A stretch of DNA of 64,000 nucleotides, from assembly GCA_964596525.1 (NCBI GenBank), contig CAZQUL010000001.1, positions 524,830 to 588,829 on the forward strand. Direction: 5' to 3'. The notes under the pieces were generated by a model. It was not told the origin of the DNA. It ran no database searches and saw only the letters and a list, made by a program, of their open reading frames with translations. Shown here piece after piece: positions 50,094-59,282 of this stretch. A program made the translations under genes and the position numbers. Source of the DNA: an uncultured Gammaproteobacteria bacterium. GTDB lineage: Bacteria > Patescibacteriota > Patescibacteriia > Magasanikbacterales > GWA2-37-8. The number at the start of each line of letters is the position of its first letter. Position 1 is the first letter of the stretch.

Positions 50094-50645
50094 CTAGGTG
50101 GTTCGTGGTTGCCAGATGAAATAGCTGCTTTTATCGCTCTGGTGCTCGACGTACCCTTCAGCGCGATAGTGGCGTTCGGGTAACCAGACGCTGAAAAGAT
50201 GAGTGAAGGTAACGATGAGAAGGCCGGGGTAGGCGCGTGAGGGAGACGGACCTCTTTTGTACGAACGGCCCGGAATGAGTTCGAGATGCTCGTCGATGCC
50301 GAGCTCTTCTTTGTGAGCGCGATAGGCGGCCTGCGGCGGTTTTTCGTTGGGGCGCAATTTTTCACCGATACTCGCCGAGAATTCGCGTCGCACCACTCGA
50401 CCGTCGGCAAAGACTTGACGGTCTTCTTTAAGGACAAGGTCACCCTTTTCCGGGTGGTGGTAGTACACGTGAATTCCGGCGCCGCGACAGTGGTACACGA
50501 GCTCGCCGCATTCCTCTTCGAGACGGCCCTCGCCAAGACTGATTTCGCGTACTAAATGGTCAAATGTTTTGGCGTTTCCAGTTCCCCAAAGATGAAGAGG
50601 GATGTCGTGTTCTATTAAAAGAGCCCGCAATCGCTCTGCTTCCAT
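50094..50645 (-). CDS. NUDIX-like hypothetical protein
   Basis: EKLRPNEKPPQAAYRAHKEELGI is a degenerate Nudix box. Confidence 0.65.
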   Translation of the reverse strand: MEAERLRALLIEHDIPLHLWGTGNAKTFDHLVREISLGEGRLEEECGELVYHCRGAGIHVYYHHPEKGDLVLKEDRQVFADGRVVRREFSASIGEKLRPNEKPPQAAYRAHKEELGIDEHLELIPGRSYKRGPSPSRAYPGLLIVTFTHLFSVWLPERHYRAEGYVEHQSDKSSYFIWQPRTT

Positions 50646-50773
50646 GACTTGCTCCGTGCTGTAGGTGGATACGCACCTTAGCACGCGACTCCAAGGTCGT
50701 CAAGAAAACCAAGACACGGTTTGGTTGCGTTATCAAAAACGTTGGCCTATACTACAGGCGTGCAAACTTTTGT

Positions 50774-51439
50774 ATGCGAATTTTGCTTATTGAAGACGCT
50801 CCGGATATTGCCCGTTTGATTGTAACCTGCCTTGAGGCAGAGTGTTTTGTGATTGACGTTGCGACCGATGGGGAGAAGGGTTCGTTTTTGGCTCGTACTA
50901 ACTATTATGATTTGGTTATTCTCGACAACATGCTGCCGCAGAAAAATGGCCGACAGGTATGCGATGAAATACGGATGGCCGGAAAAACCATGCCCATCTT
51001 GATGCTCTCCGTTATCGCTGAAACGAAGAAAAAAGTGGAGATGCTCAATGCTGGTGCCGACGATTATCTCACTAAGCCGTTCTCGGTACAAGAACTTGTG
51101 GCCCGGGTGAAAGCGCTCCTTAGGCGGCCGCGGGAGGCGCGTAAAGAGCAGTACGCGCTCGGTGATATTGTGCTCGACGGCGCGCGCCATGTAGTTGTCA
51201 AAGCCGGCAAAGAAGTATATCTGACGCGTAAGGAGTTTTCACTGCTCGAATACTTGCTTCAGAACGTTGATATCGCCCTTTCAAGATCGATGATTATGGA
51301 ACATGTATGGGATATCAACGCCGATCCTTTTTCTAACACCATTGAATCGCACATCATGAGCGTGCGCAAAAAAATTGATCCGGACGGGCGCTATATCATG
51401 ACAGTACCTGGCATCGGTTATAAAATAGTGAGCCCGTAA
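50774..51439 (+). CDS. OmpR/PhoB family response regulator
   Basis: ILLIED, DLVILDNMLP, GADDYLTKPF, winged-helix LTRKEF..LL...TVPGIGY. Confidence 0.96.
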   Translation: MRILLIEDAPDIARLIVTCLEAECFVIDVATDGEKGSFLARTNYYDLVILDNMLPQKNGRQVCDEIRMAGKTMPILMLSVIAETKKKVEMLNAGADDYLTKPFSVQELVARVKALLRRPREARKEQYALGDIVLDGARHVVVKAGKEVYLTRKEFSLLEYLLQNVDIALSRSMIMEHVWDINADPFSNTIESHIMSVRKKIDPDGRYIMTVPGIGYKIVSP

Positions 51440-51600
51440 AAATGCGTACTGCAGTAAGCCTTGAAATCTATCGACCGCGATAGGTTTTTTGGTTATCTAA
51501 TTTTTTATCATTTTTCTATTTTATTTCCATAAACAGATCATGTCTTATTGATTATTCCTTGAGGTGCATTCGGTTACGATAGACGCACTTTTCTTCGTAC

Positions 51601-52290
51601 ATGACTACGCGCCATACAAATCTTTGGAAGGATGTGCGAGCGGTTACGCAGCGTGAGCGCCTCGCTATCGGTTACCACGGCGTGCGCGACCGATGGCAAG
51701 AAGCGCCGGCGGAGTTTACCGACGATACACTCGTTATCTGCGGTCACCCGGTTATGGAGCGATGGGAAGATGAGTATATGCGGACCTTGGCGCGCATTGC
51801 GACTAAGCCAGGCGCTACGGTACTTGAAGTAGGTTTCGGGCTCGGCATTTCTGCGGCCTATGTACAAAAGGGGTTGCCTGGCAAGCATATCGTTATTGAA
51901 GCCAACGCTGACGTGTTCAGGCGTTTGGAAGAGTTTAAAAACCAGGCGCGCTTTCCGGTTGAACCATTGTTTGGTTTTTGGGAAGAACGCGTGCGCGAAA
52001 TTCCCGATCTAAGTATTGACGGCATTCTCTTTGACACGTATCCGCTTGCCGAAAATGAAATCCACACCAATCATTTTCGTTTTTTCGCGGAAGCGTTTCG
52101 GATGCTCAAACCTGGCGGTGTGCTCACATACTACTCGGATGAAATACACGATTTTTCGCCGCGCCACCGCGAGGGTCTCAACCGAGCCGGTTTTACCGCT
52201 ATCGACAAAGAGATTTGCGCAGTCGAACCGCCGCCCGCGTGCCGCTACTGGAAAAGTCCGACTATCGTCGCGCCGATCATCACCAAATAA
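51601..52290 (+). CDS. Guanidinoacetate N-methyltransferase (GAMT/RMT2)-like SAM-dependent methyltransferase
   Basis: GHPVMERWE..YM..LA, VLEVGFG, H.VIE.N, G.WE, DGILFDTYPL, LKPGGVLTY, PP..CRY all match recalled animal GAMT motifs. Confidence 0.88.
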   Translation: MTTRHTNLWKDVRAVTQRERLAIGYHGVRDRWQEAPAEFTDDTLVICGHPVMERWEDEYMRTLARIATKPGATVLEVGFGLGISAAYVQKGLPGKHIVIEANADVFRRLEEFKNQARFPVEPLFGFWEERVREIPDLSIDGILFDTYPLAENEIHTNHFRFFAEAFRMLKPGGVLTYYSDEIHDFSPRHREGLNRAGFTAIDKEICAVEPPPACRYWKSPTIVAPIITK

Positions 52291-52299
52291 ATTCATATC

Positions 52300-52686
52300 A
52301 TGAAGACTGTTACGTACGGACAACATCTGATGGTGGATTGCTACGACGCAGACCCGGGGCGGCTTCATGATATTAATCGCATTTATCGGTTTCTCGATAC
52401 GCTGCCCGTGCTCATCGGTATGGAAAAAATCGGGCCGCCACAGCTCGCGGTGTTTGATGATCCGGCGCTTGCGGGCATTACGGGTATCGTCATGATCGTC
52501 ACGTCGCATATCAGTATCCATACTTACAGTAATAAGGACTGCTTTTTCTTGGATGTGTTTTCGTGCAAACCGTTTCCCGTTGATGTGGTGCTCAGGCATG
52601 CGGAGGAGTATTTTCGCATGCAGCGTTTCGAGAAGTACGAAGTGGAACGAGGGCGGGAGTTTCCGGCCGAGAATCTGCATGCATGA
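52300..52686 (+). CDS. Pyruvoyl-dependent AdoMetDC/SpeD-family decarboxylase proenzyme
   Basis: GQHLMVD, GITGIVMIVT-SHISIHTY, DVFSCKPF. Confidence 0.88.
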   Translation: MKTVTYGQHLMVDCYDADPGRLHDINRIYRFLDTLPVLIGMEKIGPPQLAVFDDPALAGITGIVMIVTSHISIHTYSNKDCFFLDVFSCKPFPVDVVLRHAEEYFRMQRFEKYEVERGREFPAENLHA

Positions 52687-52701
52687 TGCGAGGAGGATTC
52701 C

Positions 52702-53424
52702 ATGTTGAAAATCGGCGTTTCGGTACGTTGCGCAGAAGAGAAAGATTTTGGCGGCCTGGAAGAGCTTGAGCGTGCCGTATGGGGAGAAGAAGGGACCGAT
52801 GTATATACCGCCGAGCATTTTGCGGCTTGGCGCGAAGTGCACCCCGAGGCCTTCCTTGTGGCCGAAGAAGAGGGGAAACTGGTCGGGCTCGCTTTTTCCC
52901 AAACGATGCAGCTTGATGAGTTTAGTTTGCCCCCTGGAGCGACTTTTAACTCCATTACTGATTACGGTCGAGCGCGTGCGACGCACTCCCGCAGTGGGAA
53001 TGTGCATTTCGGGGTAACCATTTGCTCGGTGTCGCGTGGAGCAGGGGGTGCGCTCATCCGCTCGGCACTGGCAATTGCCCGGCGGAACAAGCGGTTGCAA
53101 TTCGGCGTGGCGCGACTACCCGGGTTTGCGGCCTACGCTCTTGAACGAGAGCGGCGGGTCGGCTACCCGCTTACGCCGGACCAAGAAGCCGATCTCGCAT
53201 TGCACTACGTGCTCGAGAGCGTTAGAATGGTGGGTGGTGAGCGGCATCCTCTTGAGCGCTTTACGCCGCGCGAATCGTATCCGAAGCTCTCTGCACCCGA
53301 CGCGGTGTTGCGTACTTACCTGCGCCATGCGGAATTCCGGTTCTACCAACTTTTGCCAGCGTTCTGGGTTGATCCGAAGTGTCGCGGATTTAGCGTGCTG
53401 TTTGGTGAAGTTCATGCGCTATAA
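52702..53424 (+). CDS. GNAT-family acyltransferase
   Basis: LERAVW, PEAFLVAEEEGKLVG, FNSITDYG, RGAGGALI, D.VLR.Y. Confidence 0.7.
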   Translation: MLKIGVSVRCAEEKDFGGLEELERAVWGEEGTDVYTAEHFAAWREVHPEAFLVAEEEGKLVGLAFSQTMQLDEFSLPPGATFNSITDYGRARATHSRSGNVHFGVTICSVSRGAGGALIRSALAIARRNKRLQFGVARLPGFAAYALERERRVGYPLTPDQEADLALHYVLESVRMVGGERHPLERFTPRESYPKLSAPDAVLRTYLRHAEFRFYQLLPAFWVDPKCRGFSVLFGEVHAL

Positions 53425-53438
53425 GTAGTTAAGAAGGT

Positions 53439-55490
53439 GTGTTTTACATTACGTACATCGCCATTGCCTGTGGCATCTTATCGGTAGCTGCCGGCTCCTT
53501 CGTTCTCTATAAACGCCCCGATCGCTTGGGGCGTTATTTCGGTTTATATATTGTATTCATCGCGATCTGGATGATCGGTAATGCAGGTGCGGATCGGGCA
53601 GCTACCGATTTCGCGCTGCGTTGGTGGAGTGGTTGGTGCGTGGTGGGGGGAGTAGGGCTCGTGAGTTGGTACCTGTGTTTTGTGGAATTTTTCGTTACCG
53701 AAAGACCGCTTGGCCATCTGCGGCGCGCCATTATTTTCGTGCCGGCGATTATTTTTTCGATGCTAGGTTTTACGCCGCTCTATGTGGTGGAAACCATTTT
53801 TATTCCGGGTGCGCCGGCGCAGATCGTGCCCAGTCCGCTTAATTATCTCATTTTGAGTTATTCGACGATTGGTAATGTGTATGGTCTTGTTCGCCTTATC
53901 CGTCATTACGGCGCTGCACCGTACCGCAAGCGCAAGCAGATCGTGTACTTAGCGGTTGGATTTTTCGTGTTGACGGTTGGGGGCAGCATTCTAACCATTA
54001 TATTGCCTTTCCGCGGTGAATACCGCTTCTTTACGCTCGGGTCGCTTTCCTCCCTGGCCGCAATCGGTTGCGGGGCGTACGCTATTTTCCGGCACCAGCT
54101 CCTCGATATCCGCATCGTCATTCAGCGCGGTTTTATCTATACGGTCATGCTGGTGAGCGGTGTTGGTTTATATGCTGGTTTGTTGTTTTTATCCATCGCC
54201 TTTTTTCAATCGGCTAGCCGTTCGACGTATTTTGTGAGCGCTCTTGTTACGGCCGTCATCGGCATGTTTACCGGTCCTTTGATTGATAAAAAATTACGCG
54301 CCTGGACTGATCCAATTTTCTTTAAGGACACTTACCGCTTTTCAAGCGCGATCAAAGAACTCAGCGAGATCGTTAGCCGTTACAACCGCCTGAGCGATAT
54401 CATCACGTTTTCAGCGGAGGCGCTGCGAAGGATTCTGCGTATCCGCGAAGTATGTTTTTGTCTCAAGCCCGAATATGGCCGTAGCTTCCTCTACGAAGCT
54501 GCTTCGGGTCGACCCGTGCCGATCGCGACGCTCGTTGCGCCCCTTAATTCGACCGATGGAAAGCTTTTTTCGAACGGATTTTCAGCTGTAGTTATGCCGC
54601 TCATACTCGAAGGGCAGATTATTGGCGTGGTCGTCCTTGGACCCAAGCTCTCGGGTGGAGATTTCACTGATGAAGACCGCGAACTCCTCAAGGCTTTTTG
54701 TCCACAGGTGGCTGTGGCGCTCAAAAAGGCTCTTTTGTATCAAGAGGTATTCGATTATTCGAAGAATTTGCAAAACAAGGTGGCGGAGCGTACCCGCGAG
54801 ATTCAAGAATTGCAAGAACAGCAGGCACGACTTATGCTGGATATTTCGCATGAACTTCAAACGCCCCTAACCATCATCAAAGGCGAGCTGGAATTATTGC
54901 GGCAAGGAACACACGACGAGCGCAAGATGCTCCCACTCGAAAAATCGGTTGATCGCGTTTCCATGTTTATTCGTTCTCTTCTTAAACTCGCGAAGCTTGA
55001 AACCGAACATGCGCTCTCGCCTAAGACGGTGGTTGATTTTTCAGCACTCGTTGAGGAGGTGATAGAGTATGTAACTGTCCTTGCTAACGCTCAAAATGTC
55101 GCCATTAAAACGTGGGTCGAGCCCGATTTGCGCATTATGGGTAACCGTGAGCAGCTTGAGCAGCTTATCACCAACCTTTTGAGCAATGCTATTAAATATA
55201 TCGCGCGCGAACGGCTCGTAACCGTGAACGTAGTGCGTTCCGAAGAGCGTGTGCGTTTCGTAGTGCAAGATACCGGTGTCGGTATTGATAAAGATAAGCT
55301 GGCCTCGCTTGGGCAGCGGTTTTTCCGCGCTGCCACTTCAGCCGAGGGGACGGGGCTCGGGCTCGCCATCTGTCAGAGTATCGTAAAAAACCACCAGGGT
55401 ACGTTTCATATCGAAAGTGAGGTTGGGAAGGGAACAACCATAACCGCAGAACTTCCGTTGTGCCCCGCAAACGACGCAACCACCCGCTGA
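53439..55490 (+). CDS. Sensor histidine kinase with N-terminal 7TM (HisKA_7TM-like) region, GAF-like domain, HisKA and HATPase
   Basis: About nine TM helices; F.DED.ELL; SHELQTPL, NLLSNAIKY, DTGVGI, GTGLGLAI. Confidence 0.94.
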   Translation: MFYITYIAIACGILSVAAGSFVLYKRPDRLGRYFGLYIVFIAIWMIGNAGADRAATDFALRWWSGWCVVGGVGLVSWYLCFVEFFVTERPLGHLRRAIIFVPAIIFSMLGFTPLYVVETIFIPGAPAQIVPSPLNYLILSYSTIGNVYGLVRLIRHYGAAPYRKRKQIVYLAVGFFVLTVGGSILTIILPFRGEYRFFTLGSLSSLAAIGCGAYAIFRHQLLDIRIVIQRGFIYTVMLVSGVGLYAGLLFLSIAFFQSASRSTYFVSALVTAVIGMFTGPLIDKKLRAWTDPIFFKDTYRFSSAIKELSEIVSRYNRLSDIITFSAEALRRILRIREVCFCLKPEYGRSFLYEAASGRPVPIATLVAPLNSTDGKLFSNGFSAVVMPLILEGQIIGVVVLGPKLSGGDFTDEDRELLKAFCPQVAVALKKALLYQEVFDYSKNLQNKVAERTREIQELQEQQARLMLDISHELQTPLTIIKGELELLRQGTHDERKMLPLEKSVDRVSMFIRSLLKLAKLETEHALSPKTVVDFSALVEEVIEYVTVLANAQNVAIKTWVEPDLRIMGNREQLEQLITNLLSNAIKYIARERLVTVNVVRSEERVRFVVQDTGVGIDKDKLASLGQRFFRAATSAEGTGLGLAICQSIVKNHQGTFHIESEVGKGTTITAELPLCPANDATTR

Positions 55491-55505
55491 GGGTGGTCGT
55501 CGGTT

Positions 55506-56261
55506 TTACTTTTGTTCGCGCGCGTCGCAGTAGGCGATCATTCCATCGTGCATCACCTTCGCCAAGCCCTCGGCATATTTTTCGTAATACGCCGTGAAGC
55601 GCGGATCCTGGATGTACATCTCCGCAAGTCCGCGGTAGAGCTCGAGGTTTGGTTCGTACCAGGTACGCAAGCTGTTGTAGTGTTCGTCGATCAGCTTCTG
55701 GAATTCGGGGCTTGTTGCGCCTTTCGGCATCGTTTCGGCTACGACTTTCATAAAAACATCAGCGTCTTTTTTGAGTTTGGCCATGTCCGCTTTGGTCATT
55801 TTTTTGAGACGCTCCTGCGATTGTCGGTAGGCCTCGGTGCGGCCCCAGCGTTCTTTCACTTCGGCGGCGTACTGTTTTTGCTCTTCGTCCTTGAAGGCAT
55901 CATAGAGTTCGTCGTCATGCATAGATGTTTCGTGGTTAAGTTTCTTAAGGGTCTTGTCGATGGTGGTGATAAGACCGTTCAGTCTTTTTTTCTTGAGCTC
56001 GATGAGTTTCCGGTGGTCGAGAAGCGCGCTTCGCATATCGAAGTATTGGGATGAGAGGGTGCGCTTGATATCGTCGAGGGAAAAATCGAGTTCGCGAAAA
56101 AAGAGGATCTGCTGAAGTTTAAGAAGTTCAGCTTCTCCATATTCGCGGTAACCGTTGTGCCGGATACGCGAGGGTTTAAGAAGCCCGATCTCGTCGTAGT
56201 AGTGCAGCGTGCGCACGCTGACACCCGCGAGAGTGGCGAGCTTGTGGATGGTGTAGGCCAT
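55506..56261 (-). CDS. MerR-family regulator with TipAS antibiotic-recognition domain
   Basis: LAGVSVRTLHYYDEIGLLKP; YAAEVKERWG; LAEMYIQDPRFTAYY. Confidence 0.93.
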   Translation of the reverse strand: MAYTIHKLATLAGVSVRTLHYYDEIGLLKPSRIRHNGYREYGEAELLKLQQILFFRELDFSLDDIKRTLSSQYFDMRSALLDHRKLIELKKKRLNGLITTIDKTLKKLNHETSMHDDELYDAFKDEEQKQYAAEVKERWGRTEAYRQSQERLKKMTKADMAKLKKDADVFMKVVAETMPKGATSPEFQKLIDEHYNSLRTWYEPNLELYRGLAEMYIQDPRFTAYYEKYAEGLAKVMHDGMIAYCDAREQK

Positions 56262-56283
56262 ATAACGTTAGGTACCTGTAAAC

Positions 56284-56314
56284 AGCATAAACTATCACGT
56301 AACGTTATAGTCAA
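56284..56314 (-). promoter_or_regulatory. MerR-type promoter/operator
   Basis: TTGACT-19 nt-TATGCT with dyad ACTATCACGT-A-ACGTTATAGT in the spacer. Confidence 0.8.
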
Positions 56315-56383
56315 ATAGGGAGGTGGGGATAAGTTTTCAATAAAGAGTATAATAAAGGAATACTCTAAACTTTAGACTTTTTT

Positions 56384-56914
56384 ATGAATCGCCAACGTTT
56401 TATCATGTTCGCGCTGGGGTGTCTGTTGCCGGTTGTCGTTGTTGGATGGTTGTTGGTTAATCAAAAACAGACGCCGATGGCGCAGTCCGTGCATTATTCC
56501 TTGATGCCGGAAAGAGCGGAAGTGGGTGTTGTGACTGGAGGTGATATTATCGGTCAAACCATCCCCTGGAACGATGATGTGAAAGCGGCGCGGGCCGAGG
56601 GTTTGGTGCCAGATGAGAGTATTATGATCGCTGATAAGGACGTGAACTTCGATGGCTTTCTCGATGTTGCCATTCTTACGGGTGTTGGTTATGGCGGAGT
56701 GAATATGTTTTACGATTACTATATTTTTAATCCGGTGACCGGACAAGCGGAACGAGATGAGGTGCTAACCGAGCTCGGTAATCCGGAATTCGACCAGGTG
56801 GCAAAAACGATTACGACGCCAGAGAAAAACGGGCCGGATTATGAGATTACGACGTACGAATTTAAAAACGGGAAGTACGTGAAAGGGGAAACGAAGAGTG
56901 GGTTGGAGGAGTGA
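56384..56914 (+). CDS. Membrane-anchored hypothetical protein with D.NFDG.LD Ca-binding-like motif
   Basis: TM helix; DVNFDGFLDVAI...N..YDYYIFNP. Confidence 0.75.
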   Translation: MNRQRFIMFALGCLLPVVVVGWLLVNQKQTPMAQSVHYSLMPERAEVGVVTGGDIIGQTIPWNDDVKAARAEGLVPDESIMIADKDVNFDGFLDVAILTGVGYGGVNMFYDYYIFNPVTGQAERDEVLTELGNPEFDQVAKTITTPEKNGPDYEITTYEFKNGKYVKGETKSGLEE

Positions 56915-56949
56915 TGAGTAATTAGGGCTTAGCAATTGGTGCTAATCAT

Positions 56950-57702
56950 ATGCTTCCTATTGAATTTCAGAAAGCGATCGAGAAACTAAAAAAACTCGCG
57001 GAATATGATGAATACCGCGGCGCGTTCGTATTTGGGTCAGCGGCGCGCGACGAAGTGACGGAAGATAGTGATCTTGATGTCAAAGTGCTCGTTGCCGGGG
57101 AAAACGCGTGCGAGCAGATCAATCATCCGTTTATCGGGAGTATCAAGCTCGATTTGACGTTTCAAACCGAAAAAACCATGGCCGATCAGATTGATGCGAA
57201 CGTAAAAAGCAATCGCGTGCCGATGATTGCTGAATCGCTGATTTTGTTTGATAAAGACGGTACGGTGACACGTTTAAAAAAAGAATCTTTGGCAGCGCGA
57301 GCGCGGAAATTTACTCCGGAGGAGTATCAACTGCAGCAGTTTTTGATCTATCATCTCAACGATAAAGTGGAGAGAAACCTGCTCAAAGAACCATCAGCGT
57401 CTCTTCTTTCGATGAATATCGGATTGAATGATCTTTTTAAAATCCATTACGGTCTTGCCGGGCGGTGGTGGGTGAGTAGTAAACGATTGTTGCGCGATTT
57501 GAAGACCTGGGATGTTGCAGCTGCAGAATTACTTGAGCGTTTGCTGGTGGCTCCTGATGTTAAGTCTAAGTTTCCCATCTGGAGTAAGCTCATTGACCAT
57601 ATTACAACCCCGATGGGCGGACGAATGCCTATTGAAGATAATATCTGCGCCTGTCCGATATGTTCAGCGCATCTTGCGTCACTCGCTGAGATCGGACGAT
57701 GA
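56950..57702 (+). CDS. Pol-beta-superfamily nucleotidyltransferase (KNTase-like two-domain protein)
   Basis: FVFGSAARDEVTEDSDLDV; ILFDKDG. Confidence 0.85.
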   Translation: MLPIEFQKAIEKLKKLAEYDEYRGAFVFGSAARDEVTEDSDLDVKVLVAGENACEQINHPFIGSIKLDLTFQTEKTMADQIDANVKSNRVPMIAESLILFDKDGTVTRLKKESLAARARKFTPEEYQLQQFLIYHLNDKVERNLLKEPSASLLSMNIGLNDLFKIHYGLAGRWWVSSKRLLRDLKTWDVAAAELLERLLVAPDVKSKFPIWSKLIDHITTPMGGRMPIEDNICACPICSAHLASLAEIGR

Positions 57703-58233
57703 AGACTGTAGGTCTGCAGTTCGAACTTTCTTTTTCGTCTGCCGCCAGAGAAAAAGCCATGTGATGATAAGTGCCGTGTAGTTGGTAATCAAAAACCAGC
57801 GCACGCCCCAGGAGAAGCCGTAGGGAAAGTGGTACGACGAGAGCGGGAAAAAGAGCGGGGTAGGGAAGAATTCGGTAGTGTGGGTGGGGATATCGATGAG
57901 GATGTGGCCGAGCCAGGCGAGAAGCTCGTAGCGCGGGCGGCGGAAAAACATCCAGACGATGATAAATACCATGGCCCAGATGATGAGGCTGTGGCTGTAG
58001 TTGTACAGATCGAGGGCAAGGGCGAACTGCGGGGCATCGTGGTTGCGGACGAACTCAGTTTGGGGGTGCCCGGAGAGAAGGTTGTAGAAGCGTGTGGCAA
58101 AGGGAATGGTGAATGCGAACATGTCGGGGAACACGCCCCAGAACGTAGTCCAGCCGATTGAGATGGGCTGGTTTTTATTTTTGGCGAAACGGGCTCCGGC
58201 GGCCGACCAGAACCCGTGGGCAAAGACGTCCAT
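57679..58233 (-). CDS. Membrane metal-dependent hydrolase (YdjM-like)
   Basis: H near N-terminus, FPD, HSL, HILID.PTH, PLFFPL. Confidence 0.8.
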   Translation of the reverse strand: MDVFAHGFWSAAGARFAKNKNQPISIGWTTFWGVFPDMFAFTIPFATRFYNLLSGHPQTEFVRNHDAPQFALALDLYNYSHSLIIWAMVFIIVWMFFRRPRYELLAWLGHILIDIPTHTTEFFPTPLFFPLSSYHFPYGFSWGVRWFLITNYTALIITWLFLWRQTKKKVRTADLQSSSSDLSE

Positions 58234-58344
58234 AAAATGTAGATTATGTGGTAAGTATAGTATACCTGTTTCAGGTGTGGCAGAAAATCGGGCGAAAATA
58301 AAAACCCTTCGCGGGGCGAGAGGGTGGTTTCATCATTGGCATAT

Positions 58345-58656
58345 CTAGCGAACTGGAGCGGTGTTGCGGAAGAGGGTTTCGATGCTGGCGTTGACCCGCG
58401 GCGTCTTCGACATGACGAACGTGCCGGCGAAGTGCGTATCGAGGAAATCTTCAAAGGCGGTTTCGAGAGCCAAGCGCTTCACTTCGTCGTCGCGGTTGGT
58501 GACCGAGAGTTGCGAGTGTCCCTGGGCGTACTCATCGAGAATGACCGTCTCCATGGTGCCCTTGGTCCTCAGCTCTTCCTTCCACCAGGCCTGTTTGGCG
58601 TTAATAGCGGCTTCCAGGTTCTGAAAAATGAAGTACTTGGCTTTGATAGCAGGCAT
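58345..58656 (-). CDS. Hypothetical protein
   Basis: SD GGGAG; 103 codons. Confidence 0.6.
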   Translation of the reverse strand: MPAIKAKYFIFQNLEAAINAKQAWWKEELRTKGTMETVILDEYAQGHSQLSVTNRDDEVKRLALETAFEDFLDTHFAGTFVMSKTPRVNASIETLFRNTAPVR

Positions 58657-58852
58657 CGTGTTCTCCCTTCTTTTTTGGTTTTTGTTCGGAGTACAAAATA
58701 TGAACTAATGTTGGCAAGGCAGGGACGACAGGTGATCTTGGCTTTTCTTCTCGATTCTGTCTAGACATGGTTTCTGGTTTTAAACTGATAAGTGCAGTAA
58801 GCTATTAAATACTTATAGATTAAAAACAACTTATTTTTTATACATTTTATGT

Positions 58853-59275
58853 ATGTCCTTCTCATCAACCGCTACTGCTTTTATTAACGCCTCGCCGGCC
58901 AAAGTCTGGGATGCGCTTACGAATCCGGTCCTTATCAAGCAGTATCTTTATGGCACTGAAGCGACGTCTGACTGGCGCGTCGGCAGTTCGATTAGCTATA
59001 AAGGAATGTGGGAAGGAAAACCGTACGAAGATAAAGGAACGATACGCGAGCTTATCCCGGAGCACTTGCTTGTTTGCACGTATTACAGCGGTTTTTCTGG
59101 CATGCCGGATGTTCCGGAGAACTATTGGACGATCACGTATCGTTTAGTGTCCAAAGACGGCGGCACTGAACTTAGCATTACGTCGGCGAACGTGCCAACG
59201 CAAGAGCGGGCCGATCATTCCGCGAAAAATTGGGAGTCGGTCATGGGGATGATGAAAAAAATACTTGAAGGATAA
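58853..59275 (+). CDS. SRPBCC/AHSA1 domain protein
   Basis: INASPAKVWDALT.P..IKQY, SDWRVGS, NW...M..MK..LE. Confidence 0.9.
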   Translation: MSFSSTATAFINASPAKVWDALTNPVLIKQYLYGTEATSDWRVGSSISYKGMWEGKPYEDKGTIRELIPEHLLVCTYYSGFSGMPDVPENYWTITYRLVSKDGGTELSITSANVPTQERADHSAKNWESVMGMMKKILEG

Positions 59276-59282
59276 ATTACGC

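Noticed and set aside
51490-51530. TTATC-like direct repeats as an OmpR-family binding site before the methyltransferase
   Set aside because: The AT-rich context and irregular 11-12 bp spacing make it indistinguishable from chance.
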